Source: the human T2T-CHM13v2.0 reference genome, Homo sapiens. Taken from it: a stretch of DNA of 64,000 nucleotides. The position numbers were made by a program, and so were the translations under genes. Below the pieces are notes generated by a model, which was given only the letters and a program-made list of their open reading frames with translations, made no database searches and was not told the origin of the DNA. Each line of letters begins with the position of its first letter. Position 1 is the stretch's first letter. The stretch lies in assembly GCF_009914755.1 (NCBI RefSeq), contig NC_060932.1, one strand, 5' to 3'. This document shows, piece by piece, positions 15,801 to 28,793 of this stretch.

Positions 15801-16065
15801 CTCTCAACATTCTTCACACTGTTGTTCAAGAATTCTGCCCACTGAAGCATGTATGATAATTGAAGTAACTGTCCTGGTTTTATTAGAATACCTTACATCT
15901 TGATTTTAGGGCTTTCACATTATTTAACATTTGTATTATTCTTTAAAGTTAAACCTATAGAACTTACAAAACATTTATAGAGCAAAAGGGTAGGCAAAAG
16001 TTCAGATAAGGGCAATTTTCTTCAAAACTACCCCAGAATAACAAAATTATGTACCCTCATATTAC

Positions 16066-16203
16066 CTTCATTAACAAAAAACTCTGCTAAATAAAATGCG
16101 GTTTTCACAGCATTAGGTGCATGGGAAATGCCATCCAAATTCTTCCACTCATAAGGTGCTTTCTCTGGATGCCACTGGACACCATATACTGGATACTTAT
16201 ATC
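16066..16203 (-). CDS. GGH: GGH coding exon 8 (YKYPVYGVQWHPEKAPYEW...FFVNE; catalytic His244/Glu246)
   Basis: QWHPE class I GATase motif; acceptor ttacag|GA, donor G|GTAATA. Confidence 0.98.
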
Positions 16204-17415
16204 CTGTAAGAAGAACACAAATTAGTAAGTACTAAGAATGGTTTAAAATGTTACTTATAATGAAATTGGTTTATTTCTTATGTAAAACATTTTATAATTC
16301 ACCTTATCAGACAAGGTAAAATTGTACATATTCTCTCAGACACAAAATAATTTCCATTCATAATCAATGTGAAAATTCCCTGTAACGTATTTCACTGATT
16401 AGCAACCTTTTACAATCTGTAGGACGATTTGCTTTTCGAGATACTCATAGCAAAGTAGAAGCTGAGCTGAGGAATCTATCCCTGTCCAAAAGTCAGATGC
16501 ACATTTTATTGGTGATACAAGTTTCTTCCGCAGTGGGTCTCTTTCTCCCGTCTTGTAGCATGCTTTCCTGTCCTCCCATAATGACTTATTCATATGAGAA
16601 TGAAGTATGGCAGCACTTCTGGTATCCTTTTACACCCTGCCTAAACTGCCTAAACTGTGTCTCTCTCTCAGTCTATGGAATGACTGATGACTTTGTGGTA
16701 TAAATTTTTAAAATATTTTTTAGAAGTTTAAAAGCAGACATAAAACAAGAAGGGAAACAGAGCTGTTGACAATTGTCAAAGCTGATAGATAGACACCCAG
16801 GGTTCATATTACTCTCTCTATGTTTACATACTCATGAACAATTCCACAATTCAAAAAAAAAGTGAATATGTGTAATAGTTACCTTCAGAAAAATGTACAT
16901 ATTTGTCTCTTCTTCAGATGTGCCTTTCCTCATTTTGATTTAAAAAAAACAAATCTCCCCTCTATTATTTTCTGCTTTGGAATTGTAACCATGACCACCA
17001 TCAGAAAGTACTTGGAGAAATGAAGTGAATTAATGAAAGAAGAGATATCTAGGGGTAAGAGCACTGTCTGTTCTCATCCCAGTAAGCTTTCTGACTAGAG
17101 AGCAGGCCACAGAAGGGAAACATTTTATCCCAGTTTTGTGGGTATTCACGAGAGGAAACACCTGCCTCATGCAGCTCCAGGCACTCAGCTCCCTGCCTCC
17201 CCCACTTCCGTGTGACACTGCCGTTTTTCCCCTCTATTCTGGGACTACCTGTGAAGCTACCAGCAAGAGACCCACAGGCTGGGGGACTAGGAAATTGTTA
17301 CATAGAGTTAATTGAAAGGCAGACCTTCTAGTATATTGGATATAAATCTTTTTTATGATTTAAGACTATTTTTGTCCTCAATAATGCTTCATGCGTTGGA
17401 AAAGATACATATATA

Positions 17416-18675
17416 TAAGAAATCTTCAAAAAGCTCATGGAAAACGTGTATTATGAAAAAAATTATGCAAGGATTTCACCATTTTTTTGCACCAAAATAA
17501 ACTTGTAGTAACTTGTATGAACAGGATCCAGTATGAGGCACTAAGAAGGACAAGACATCAGTTTTAAAAGAACCCCTGTAACAGCAATATGAATTTTGCT
17601 AAAATTGAAGGCAGAAAAAATAGCAAATTTACGGTGAAGCTTGGATGGAAGAATGGTAAAACCGCTGATGCTTTACAAAAAATTTATGGGGATAATGTCC
17701 CAAAGAAATCAGCAGTTTACAAATGGATAACTTGTTTCAAGAAGGAATGAAACAATGTTGAAGCCCTCAGGGCAGACTATTCACATCAATTTGCCAGGAA
17801 AATATGTATCTTGTTCGTGTCTTAACTGAAGAAGATCGCAAATAAACAGCAGAACCAACAGCCAATACCACAGACATCTCAGTTGGGTCAGCTTACACAA
17901 TCCTGACTGAAAAATTAAAGTTGAGCAAACTTTCCATTCGATCGGTGACAAAACCATTGCACACAGATCAGCTGCAGACAAGAGAAGAGCTTTCAATGGA
18001 CATTTTTAACAGGTGGGATCAAGATCCTAGAGCATTACTTTGAAGAACTGCCACTGCAGATAAAACACGGTTTTACCAGTATGAACCTGAAAACACAATC
18101 AAAGCAATGGCTACCAAGAGATGGAAGTGGTCCAGTCAAAGCCAAAGTGAACTGGTCAAGGGCACAGGTCATAATGTTTTTTTGGATGCTCCAAGGCATT
18201 TTGCTTGTTGATTTTCTGGAGAACCAAAGAACAGTAACGTTTGCTTTTTATGTGTTTTCAGAAAGTCAGCCAAAGCTTTAGCAGAAAATCGCCCAAGAAA
18301 GCTTCACCAGAGTCCTTCTCCAGCATGACAATGTTCCTCCTCATTCCTTTCATCCGAGGGCTATTTAGTGAGCATTTTGATGGGAAGCCATTAGGACCTT
18401 ATGGTCCTGATTTGGCTCCTTCTGACTTATTCTTGTTTCCTAATCTTAAAAAAATCTTTAAAGGGCACTCATTTCTGTTAATAATGTAAAAGACCGCATT
18501 TGACGTGGTTCAATTCACAGGACCCTCAGTTCTTTAGGGATGAACTAAAAGGTTGGTATCATCATGGGCAAAAGTGTCTTAAACTTGATAGAGCTTATTT
18601 TGAGAAATAAAGTTTACAGTTTTTATTTTTATATTTTAATTCCATTTTTCCCACAAACTTTTTGAAGTCACTGAC
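17416..18675 (+). mobile_element. Near full-length HSMAR2 mariner (dead transposase) in GGH intron 7
   Basis: TIR-like ends tcttcaaaaagctcatggaaaa / ttcccacaaactttttgaag; transposase start MNFAKIEGRKNSKFTVKLGWKNG at 17589; PYGPDLAPSDLFLFPNLKK (YSPDLAPxD motif). Confidence 0.88.
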
Positions 18676-20242
18676 ATTCAGTAACGAGTGAGATTTACTC
18701 TTCTTTAGTAAACTGCATTACTAAAAGACCAGTGCAGTTTCCTGAAAACTAGGAATCATGCCCTGCCTCACTGATTTAGACAGAAGTATCAAGAGTGGAA
18801 AGAAAATATGCAAATAATAAAGCATCTCAAGTGTTCCTATTTTGGAGGTGGGAGAAAATTTTCAAATGAGCCTGGTATGGCATAGTCAAAAGCAGAACCA
18901 ACATGGAACCTGATTTCCTAACTTCCAATCCAATATTCTATCATTTAAATAATTAGGCATTCATTCAACATCTATGAGCCCTAGAAACACAAAGGAGAGT
19001 AAGATACAGTTCCTGATCTCAACAAGCTTTTCATCTAGAGGGATGACAGAACAAGAGCAAATACATGCATTAAGAAACGTTCCCACACAGCACAAAGCAC
19101 CAAGGTTGTGGAGAAGAGGAATAATGGTAGAAAAGGCCTCTAGGGATGACAAGTGGCCTGGGTTTTTCGAGATGGCTAAGAGTTCATCAGGAGAAAGGAA
19201 TAGGGGAAAGGGGGAGCTTTTCAGAGAAGAGGAAAGCACATGAGAAGCAGTGCAGAGGCAAGAAGCATGGCTCTGTGGAGGGACTGTGTGTAGCAAACAG
19301 GTCGTGCAGGGTACAAGCTAGAGGTGAAGGCAGGGAGAGGGCATGAGGAAATAAGCTCATAAATCTAGACTTCATCCTCCAATGCAGAGGAGCCACTGAG
19401 GAGTTTTGTTCAGGCAATACTATCAGACTGGCACTTCAGCAGACCACGAGTGGGTGGCTGGAAGATGGGTTTGTGGAAGCCTTAAGAGGCTGCTGCTGCA
19501 GCAATCCAGGTGGCAGGTGGTTAATGCTGATGTAGCAAGGTACATCGGATTGGGAGGACGAAACATGATTAATACTTCCAAAGCCCTTCTACTGTCCCTC
19601 CCACCCCTTCAGCCCAGTGAGAAGGACTCTCATAATTATTCATCACCCCAACCTTTCCTTAGATTTACCACCGAACATTGTTTCTTTTTTGCCAAATTTT
19701 AATCATCATATAAATGAAAACATACAGCATGTATTCCCTTGTGACTTGCTTCTTTAACTCAAAATTGTCTTCATGATTCATTCAGTGGTACATGCAGGTG
19801 TGTTCACTGATTTTAATAGCTGTATAGTATTACTTATCCTTTGCACTACTGGACTTTTGAGTTGTTTTCCATTTTTTTGCTGGTATGAACAAAATGTCAC
19901 GTACATTTCTATCTACATGAAATTATTTCATTAAGATATTTTTTAACCAATGAATAAAACTGCCAGGTAACAAAACTGGAAAATGTTTGATTTTACTAAG
20001 AAATGCCAAAATGTTTTCCAATCGTAAGTGCATGACAGCACCTGCTGTGCGACATCCTGGGTAACACTAGTTATCAGCAGGCTTCTTAATTTCGCCAATC
20101 TGATGGGTATAAATGGTTTTTTACTTTGGTTTCCATTTGCATTCCCTGATCAGAAATTACACTGAGCAACTTATCTCACCAAGCCATAAGTGGACAGGAC
20201 AATCAAGTTTTTTTGGATGGTATCCATTCAAATCTCATATCC

Positions 20243-20547
20243 TTTTTTTTTTTTTTTTTTTTTTTGAGGCAGAGTCTCGCTCTGTCACCCAGGCTGGAGT
20301 GCAGTGTGCAATCTCAGCTCACTGAAACCTCCGCCCACTAGGTTCAAGCAATTCTCCTGCCTCAGCCTCCCAAGTAGCTGGGATTACAGGCGTGCGCCAC
20401 CACGCCTGGCTAATTTTTATATTTTTAGTAGAGACGGGGTTTCGCCATGTTGGCCAGGCTGGTCTCAAACTCCTGACCTCAAGAAATCTGCCTGCCTTGG
20501 TCTCTGAAAGTGCTGGGATTACAGGCGTGAGCCACCATGCCCAGACC
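20243..20547 (-). mobile_element. AluSx-like
   Basis: Poly-T plus full dimer; TSD tcatatcc. Confidence 0.92.
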
Positions 20548-21132
20548 TCATATCCATTTTTAATAAGCTATCTTTTCTTCTTAAATCACAGCTTTACTTT
20601 ATATAAGCTAGACACATATCCTTTGTCAGTTATATGCATTACAAATACCTCCCTTTTTTCTTCTCTGTGTAATTTTTTTTTTACGAACACAACTTCTTCA
20701 TTTGATTGAATTCATCAATCTTTTCCTTTATGGTTTGTTTATATTTTGTCTTCAAAACTCCTTCCCTCAAACAAGATCATAAAGACATTCTCCTTTATTT
20801 TTTCTAAAACCTTATTGTAGTGTGCCTTTCTCCTTAGGTCTTTTATCCACCTGAAAATTTTTTTTTTAATATGGAAAAAAGAGTCTGTCTCTGTCCTACT
20901 TTTTCCCATTCCTTCTAGAGTTCTGGTTAGGTAAGTTAGAAATCACTTTACCCTCCAGATTCCAACCTTTCTTCTGACACATTTGGCATTTACATTTACA
21001 TGTCTGGGTATGTTGGATTCTGAATGTTTCCTTCACATCTATCTTCTATTCTAGTTCATTAATTTCTCCTCAACTGTGTCTAACCTTCTGATTAACATGT
21101 CTACTGAGGGTTTTATTTCAATTATAATTTCT

Positions 21133-21398
21133 TCTTTTTTTTTTGAAACAGAGTAAGTCTTACTCTGTCGTCCAGGCTGGAGTGCAGTGGCACAATCTCG
21201 ACTCATTGCAACTCCAAGTAGCTGGGACTACAGGCACATGCCACCATGCCCAGCTTTTTTTTTTTTTCTTTTTTTGTATTTTCAGTAGAGATGGGGTTTC
21301 ACCATGTTGGCCAGGCTGGTCTTGAACTTCTGACCTCAGGTGATCCGCCCCGGCCTCCCAAAGTGCTGGGATTACAGGCATGAGCCACCACACCTGGC
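21133..21398 (-). mobile_element. AluS with ~40-nt deletion in the right arm
   Basis: TSD caattataatttct; junction tgcaactcc|aagtagctggg. Confidence 0.88.
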
Positions 21399-22482
21399 CT
21401 CAATTATAATTTCTAATAGCTGAATTTGGTTATTTTCAAATCTGATTGTTTCATGCCTATATTTTCAAGCATTTTTCTTTCTTTAAAACTTAAAATATAT
21501 TATACTTTATCTCATAATACTAATATCTAACATTTGTGCAGGTCTGCTTCCACATCTGTTATCTCTGCAAGTTCTCATTCACAGTGCTTGCTTGTGCATT
21601 AGTAGTATTTTGGCTGTGAAGCACTCATTTTCCTTCAAACTTCATATGTTGAAATTCCTTGAAGCCTGGGATGAATGTCTGGTCCTCTCAAAAAAACTAT
21701 TTACATTTGCTTCAGCCTCACACATGAGAGCATTACCAGTCTAAGGCAACCTTGAACAAAATTACTTACTTAAGATTTGTCCAACTTCCCAGTTAGTATA
21801 ATGCTGGCCACACTAGGAGAACAGCCCATCATTATAAACACTCAAGGCTTTATTCACTGTCCCCCACCCCACTCCCTTAGCCCCAAAGCTCAGGATGGGC
21901 AATTCTCCTTGCCATTCTGTAGGGGGGATTTTAGGTGTATTTTGAGTTCACCCTTACATTGCTGGTATAGCCATCCAGGTCCCGCTCCATGAGATACTAT
22001 TCGTATAGAGAGTCCTGACTTTGTCTCAAGTTCTCCTGATTCCATAATAACACTGGTTTAAATATTCCACTCAACTCTTAAAATTTTGGACCTGAGTATC
22101 TTTATTTCTTTGCCAATTCATCAACGTATTTACTATGTTTTTCTCTATCACCCACATTTATTTTGTTGTTGGCTGGAGGAAAGTCTGTCAAGGTATTTAA
22201 TCTGCAATATTGCTAGAAACAGAAGTCATTTTCTTCATTTCTTTCTTCATCCTTGCCCCCTTTATTCTTTTACTTTTCTTCTTCACCACCCCATTCAGGA
22301 AAATACCCAGGAAAACTGCAATTAATTTGAAACATGGACAAAACATGTCTCCTGTCTCCCAAAATGCCCTAACACCCCTCTTCAAGCCCCAAAGTAATAT
22401 GATTTTATTGATGAGACATATAAAATCAAAATTTAAAAATATAAAATAAGTGAAATAAAGTATACATGTTATAGTGATATAC

Positions 22483-22573
22483 CTTCCATTGTTGAAATAA
22501 ACTCAATCTTGCCATCTGTATTTGTAGTTAAGACATTGAAAAACTTCTTTAACTTTTCATTCATTGTAAAATT
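22483..22573 (-). CDS. GGH: GGH coding exon 7 ([31 protein letters not shown])
   Basis: Acceptor ttctag|AAT, donor G|GTATAT; 82-nt intron 6 upstream. Confidence 0.97.
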
Positions 22574-22655
22574 CTAGAATACGAAAATAAAACAAAATGA
22601 TTACTTCTGCAGTTATTCTAAACATATTAATTTCATTGTGTAATTAGTGTGATAC

Positions 22656-22762
22656 CTTCACGGAGAGGCTCCACTTATGGAAATTGGCAGTCAGAGGTTC
22701 TACTGCTAATGACAGCAACAACTCAGTAGGAAAATTCTGGAACATTCTGCTGTGCAATTGAC
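22656..22762 (-). CDS. GGH: GGH coding exon 6 (QLHSRMFQNFPTELLLSLAVEPLTANFHKWSLSVK)
   Basis: Acceptor tttcag|GT, donor AAG|GTATCA. Confidence 0.97.
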
Positions 22763-23682
22763 CTGAAATAATTTAAGTACAAGAGAAATAATTTAAACAC
22801 AAAAAAATAAAATCCACTGAAGTCACTTACTGCACCCAAAGAGAAGCCATTATGAAGACATAATCAAGATGACCAAATGATATGCAAAACACATCATTTC
22901 CATAGAAGTATTCCAATCAAGTCACAAAATGTGTTTAACATAAACTCAAATATGCTCCAGCTATAAGTAATCTTCTTCTAGAATTTTAACATGAATAAGT
23001 AAAATTCTTCCGATATGAGTATTGGCAAGCTAAAGAACAGGCAGGGAATCTTAACTAGATTTCCACAGACTATTCTGAAAAACAGTTAAAACTTTCCATG
23101 GGTGTATGTATTTGCCCAGGAAAGTATCCAAAACTTTCAAATATAACATATTTTCAGAGGTATCTGGGACAAACAAATAAAAATACAAACAATGTAGAAA
23201 AGAACATGAACCAAGCCAAGAAATTTTGACTCAGTAAACAGATCAAAAAGCAATATATCTTAGTGGTCAACCCTGAAGGTTCTGCACAGACTCAAACACC
23301 AACAAACAGATTTTGAAAAAAAAGAAACTGACGTTTTCAAGGCGATAGTGCCAGCTGTTTCAAACCAGGCCCCTTATTCTTACTAGAGACTTCCATGAAA
23401 ACCACAGCACCTTGAAACATTCCTTTTCTGTATAAACTGAGTTCTGGCAACACACAACCAAAGTACTCTGACCTAATACATGTACTTCCCACCAGGTTTT
23501 TGCAATTATTAAGTGAGACAATGGAAGAAAGAGCTTTCAAAAGCACAAAGCATTCTACAAGTTTTAAGTATGACTGCTACCTTCCTTGCAAAATCCCTAT
23601 GAGAACAGAAATAGCTGGTGGCTTCAATTCTAAGCATTCGGAGATCAAGTAACCCACAATAATCATTATCTATTTATACAGA

Positions 23683-24020
23683 GTGATATCATTAAGAATC
23701 TATCTGGTCTTTGTCCTGGGTTCCTGACAGGAAGCTTCTAAAACCCTTGGAATTCCCGGAATGATATAAGTATTTTTGTTATGCTAATGTGGTAATTCAA
23801 GGTGGGTCCCTCAATTATTTCAGGATGAAGACTAATCATCAGAAAAACTAACTTCATGATTAGAAAGTTGAAACTTCGAGCCAGCCCAATCAATCTCCAA
23901 GTATGAAAGAGGGGCTGGAGATTGAGTTCAATCACACAGGCAAAGATTCAATCAATTATTTCATAATAACGTTCCAGTAAAAACTCTAGACACCAAAACT
24001 CACTGGAGTTCCTGGTTGCT
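23683..24020 (+). mobile_element. MER21(C)-like LTR fragment
   Basis: ggtctttgtcctgggttcctgacaggaagcttctaaaacccttggaattc...gaggggctggagattgagttcaatcac. Confidence 0.75.
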
Positions 24021-24051
24021 GAGTAAATATAGCGCTTCCCGGTAGATCATC

Positions 24052-24322
24052 TAATCCCAGCACTTTGGAAGGCCAAGGTGGGTGGATCACCTGAGGTCAG
24101 GAGTTTGAGACCAGCCTGGCCAATATGGTGAAACCTTGTCCCTACTAAAAATACAAAATTCAGCCAGGTGTGGTAGGGTGCCTGTAGTCCCAGCTACTCA
24201 GGGGGCTGAGGCAGGAGAATCCCTTGAACCCTGGAGGTAGAGGTTGCAGTGAGCCGAGATTGCGTCACTGCGCTCCAGACTGAGTGACAGAGAGAGACTC
24301 TGTCTTAAAAAGAAAAAAAAAA
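24052..24322 (+). mobile_element. 5'-truncated AluSx
   Basis: Begins at taatcccagcactttgg; A tail. Confidence 0.9.
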
Positions 24323-24733
24323 ATCTTATTTAATATTCACAAAAAAAACCCCTAAGCGTTATTAGACCTTTTTGCAAATGCAGACATTGAACCTCAGAGA
24401 GGTAAAATGGTTCCTCAAGGTAAAAGTGACAAAGCTAGGAGTCAAAACCAGATCCCATTTCAGAGTTCTTCATCACACACAGTCCTGATATCACTAGAAG
24501 CAATGAGTTATTAAAATTCACAATTCCTTAAGTCATCCTCATAAATGAGTACAAGGATGGTCATTCACATCTTCAACCTGTGTAAATAATTTAAATGCTA
24601 ATGTCATAAGCATTTTTTCCTTCAGGGAAAAGGCTAAAAAGAAAATAAAAATAAGCACTTTTACTTTCATATTTGCTACTTACTAATCCTGCCCAGCAAA
24701 TATTTTTCAAAGGGTTGAAAAGAGTACTCTTAC

Positions 24734-24872
24734 CTCCAGTGAAGTTCAGCGGCATTGCCACGTCAACAGTATCTGTGGCAGTTAATAAGCACTCTCCACT
24801 AATCAGCAGTGAAAGCTCTTCAAATCCAAGGCATGTGCCCCACACAGGAAAATAGTCTCCATCATCAAAACT
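24734..24872 (-). CDS. GGH: GGH coding exon 5 ([46 protein letters not shown]; catalytic Cys134)
   Basis: GTCLG nucleophile elbow; acceptor ttgcaaag|AGT, donor G|GTAAGA. Confidence 0.98.
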
Positions 24873-25756
24873 CTTTGCAAGTGGAAAAAGAGAAAACTAA
24901 GTTTATTCAAACTTTTCAAAATAAAAATTAGCCATATCTTTTGTCATAACCAAATAGGCACCTGAGTTACACATGGATTTCTGAAGAATTCTCCAGGATC
25001 CATAAGTAGGCTATCACTTAATCTCTCTTCAGACCAAGCTCCCACACAGGCTGGAAAACATGAGCTGTGGACACACTGTATATCTTGACCCAAAGACTAT
25101 AAAAGCCTATAGATTACTGACCTTAGCTATTAAAAGTTTGAAACAAGTATTTCAAAGGCTAAAAACAGTTATTTAGGGAAATGTGTAAGGGGGATTGGTA
25201 AGATTCTAGGGCCAGCAAGATTAATTTAAAAATCACTGTTAATAGTTGAGGAGAGAAACAGCAAAGGTTTGAGCTATGGTACAAAGGCAGTCCCACTGTG
25301 AACATTACAAAGGAGAAGTCAGAGGCTCAGAAGCTCTGCTTGACATGGAGTCTATGGTAACTGTGAAGAAAGTTCCAATAGGATTGAATGAGTTGGGAAG
25401 AAGAACAGATTTCAAGAAGAGGTGAGAATTAATAACATAGAAACAATGCCCATAAAAAAAAAATAGGACAGAGAGAGACATCAGAATGTCTACACTACAT
25501 GAGGACACGGTTCACATTAACAAGCATCAAGAGAGGGGCAGTCAGCAGTGCTCTGAAGGGTCTCTGGAAGCCCAGGATTAGATGAAGCACATGGAAAATA
25601 GGCGGGAGCAGCCAAGAACAGGCACCTCAAAATTAAAGGTATGATGAGGCTAAGGGTAATTTTGAAGGGAGCATTACCATCTGCTTAAAAAATGAACCAC
25701 TCGCACAAAAACTTACAGAAACCCATCTGGAATAATAAGCAATAACTGATATTTAC

Positions 25757-25841
25757 CTGTATGGACAAGTTATAAAATATTTTGGCCACTTTAGCATAAT
25801 CTGAGCGTCTGAGGTCAACACTTCCTCCAGGGAAAAGGATT
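25757..25841 (-). CDS. GGH: GGH coding exon 4 (ILFPGGSVDLRRSDYAKVAKIFYNLSIQ; PGG oxyanion strand)
   Basis: Acceptor tttcag|A, donor CAG|GTAAAT. Confidence 0.97.
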
Positions 25842-27759
25842 CTGAAACAACGTTACATAAATCAAATAGGGTGTATTTTGCCACCCCCGACCCATACACA
25901 CACAGAAAACAATCTTTTTATTTTAAAACAATTTTTCTTATTACATATGCAATAAGATCCTTGAAGAAAATTAGAAAAGTAAAGAAAAAAGAAAATATAA
26001 AATATTTACAATCCCATTCAGAAACTACAGCAGTTAACAACACTTTAGTGCATATTTTCCAAAAACTTCTTCAAAAAATTTATTTAATGAAATAGAGTGT
26101 GGGAAAATTAAAAGTAAATAAGTAGGGGAGGGGCAAGAGTACACAGAGCTAGACATCAAAGACAGACAAAATTCCAGGTATAGCCAGGTTTAAATGAAGG
26201 TGATCTGTGATGCCAAATCAATTGCAGGTCCATAATTATGGGTAGGTTTTAGCTCACAAATAATTTAACTATAAAGAACAAGCTGGTCATAAAAATATAT
26301 TTAAGCTAGAATTAAATTTCTACAAGAATTTAATTCTTATCACCCCGAGTCTCTTCAGAAATACGCACAGTATTAGAACACTTTTTTCAAGAAACATAAT
26401 TACGATTCTAGAAAAAGCCTAGGAAAAGAAGGCAGTCAAAAATATTTGATATTATTTTACACACTTATAAAGGTGAAATATAGAAAAATATTTTACCATG
26501 TTTTTATATCAACTTTTAAAATTAAACTTTAAATTTAAAATTTATAGCAAGGTCTTGAAAGAACCAAGGATATTCAAAAGAGGTAAGAAAAATGGTATTA
26601 ATCATATTAAAATTTTGAAAATATTTAAATACGAGCTTGAGATATGTGAAATATCACTTGTGTGATTGTTGTTATTCAAGAAATATATTCTGTTTCTTCC
26701 ATGAGCTAGACTCGACTTGCCTGGAGAGACAAACATGAGTGGCTTTTGCTGTTAGGAAGATCACAGTCTGGTAGAAAACATATAAGCATCTGAGTGGGAG
26801 AATATCTACCACAAATCCAAGCAGAAAATCCAACAATTAAAAGTGGCTTAGTGAAGACTCATTAGCATTCTCTCTTTCCATTAACTCAGTATTTTTTTTT
26901 AATTTTTATGTTTTGCATCCCAGGTCTCCAGCTTACAGACATTAACTTAGTATTTAAAAAGCTGCCTATGACCAAATACGGTATGTCTAACCCCAAACTC
27001 CTTTCATGCAGCAAAACCTGACTGTCCCTCCTATATGACAAACTCCTTAAAGCATGGCTCTGTCTTTTCATCTCTGCATTCCCCTGCAAAATACTATGGG
27101 GTCCACTGCATAACAGTGACTCAATAAAGGTGCTTTTGAAGTCACATTAGAATACGGCTCATTTTCTGGTGACACTCAGAGATATAAATAAGGCCCCTAA
27201 TTTAACCCACTTTGGAGTGCAGCTTTCAGTGACTACATGAGAGAGAAAAGGGGCCTACAGGAGCAACAATTAGTGGCAATGCAGAAAACGAGTGAGGAAG
27301 ATAGAAAATGGACTCCTTTTGCTGGTTTGCATGAAGACATACTGAGCATCTGGACAGGCTAGCTCCCCAAAGTATGTATTCCTGTCTACACTGCTACTTG
27401 ATTCAGATTCCTCTCCAAACAGGAATGCAACTGGGGAGAGGGTGGGAAGAAAATGAAGTGTTTCAAAAGGTCTATTTTTGAGGTTCTACTATTATATTCT
27501 AGCCTAGACTTAATGATCTTTGTCCATGCCAAAGTACCTTGCACACAGCACATACTGGGCATTGTAAATGTTTTACTAAATTGAACTGATTTTATGGTAA
27601 ATATTTACTGAACCAAACTGAACTGAAGGCAAATAATTTTCTAAACATAGCTTTTTAAAAGAAACAATAAATTAACATGGTTTTAGAAGTAAAAATAATA
27701 AAGCTCTTTTAAAAAAACATTTTACAGTAAAATACTTCCACCCTATTCCCAATCAGAAA

Positions 27760-28370
27760 CAACTGCCATTAAAATCTGCTGTGTTGATTTGGTAGAAATA
27801 TGCATATCTCTTCACCCCCACCTTTAACAAAAAGCAAACGGGGTGTATGCTATACACACCATCACGTGCCTTGCCTTTTTCACATAACACTATCACATTG
27901 TTCATAGGACAATGGTGATCTAAGTCAGCATCTACAGATAGCCGCATTTTTTAATTCCTGCATAGTATTCTATTGAATGTACATAGTCTGTTTTATTTAA
28001 CCAATTCTCACCTGATGGATTACGGGGTGACTATCAGACAATACTACTAATACAATGCATAGATTTGAGTCTAAGTCTTCATGCAAGGTGGGAATATATT
28101 TATAAAATAAAATTCCTCCTCAAGTTCCCAGGTCAAAGGGTATACGTGTTTCTAATTTCAATAGGTATTGCAATATTACCCCAAAAAAGACTACCTGATT
28201 TACATTCCCTCTAATAAAGTATGAGCACACTTGTTTCCTCACAGGCCCCATAGAGTATAAGCAAATTTTCTGATCTCTGCCAACATGGTAATTAAATGTT
28301 TTTGATTGCTGTAATTAGCCTTCTTTCCTAAAATTAAGAGTAATGGTGAATATTTTTTCCCAATTTACCT
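27760..28370 (-). mobile_element. Old L1ME 3' fragment
   Basis: ttttttaattcctgcatagtattctattg...tttaaccaattctc...ggtcaaagggtatac... Confidence 0.55.
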
Positions 28371-28742
28371 GAAAAAAAAAATCAACATCCTCAGACTTTG
28401 GACTTATAAACCCCATATGCAAGCAGTATGCCACGCCATTCAAGGTAGCTTCAAAACATTTAAGACAAGCATTAAAAGAACAAAGATTAAGTCACACATT
28501 TAAAAAAATTATGTGTGTCTACTATGTAACAATTATACATTTCCTAACCTGCCTCTTCCTCTTTTGAAGGACTTTTGCATCTCCCAAGAAAATAAATCCT
28601 ATAAAAGAACTCAGAACACTAATACTATACCACTCTAAGACAGTTACATAGAAACATGTATAATATTTATATGATTTCTTTTACAAAAGCAGACATATGT
28701 AGACCACTCATATACCGTATGAAACCAATGCTGTCAACTTAC

Positions 28743-28793
28743 CCATTAATAGATTTGAAAAGTATTTCATAGTCTTTCTCTGTAAGATCCAGC
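28743..28793 (-). CDS. GGH: GGH coding exon 3 (LDLTEKDYEILFKSIN-G)
   Basis: Acceptor tttcag|G, donor GG|GTAAGT; phase fits exons 2 and 4. Confidence 0.97.

Larger units (their letters stand above)
19690..21700 (-). mobile_element. Old L1ME fragments (host to two Alus)
   Basis: T-rich + strand with antisense L1 motifs (ttgcattccctgat, tcaatcttttcctttatggtt). Confidence 0.5.
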
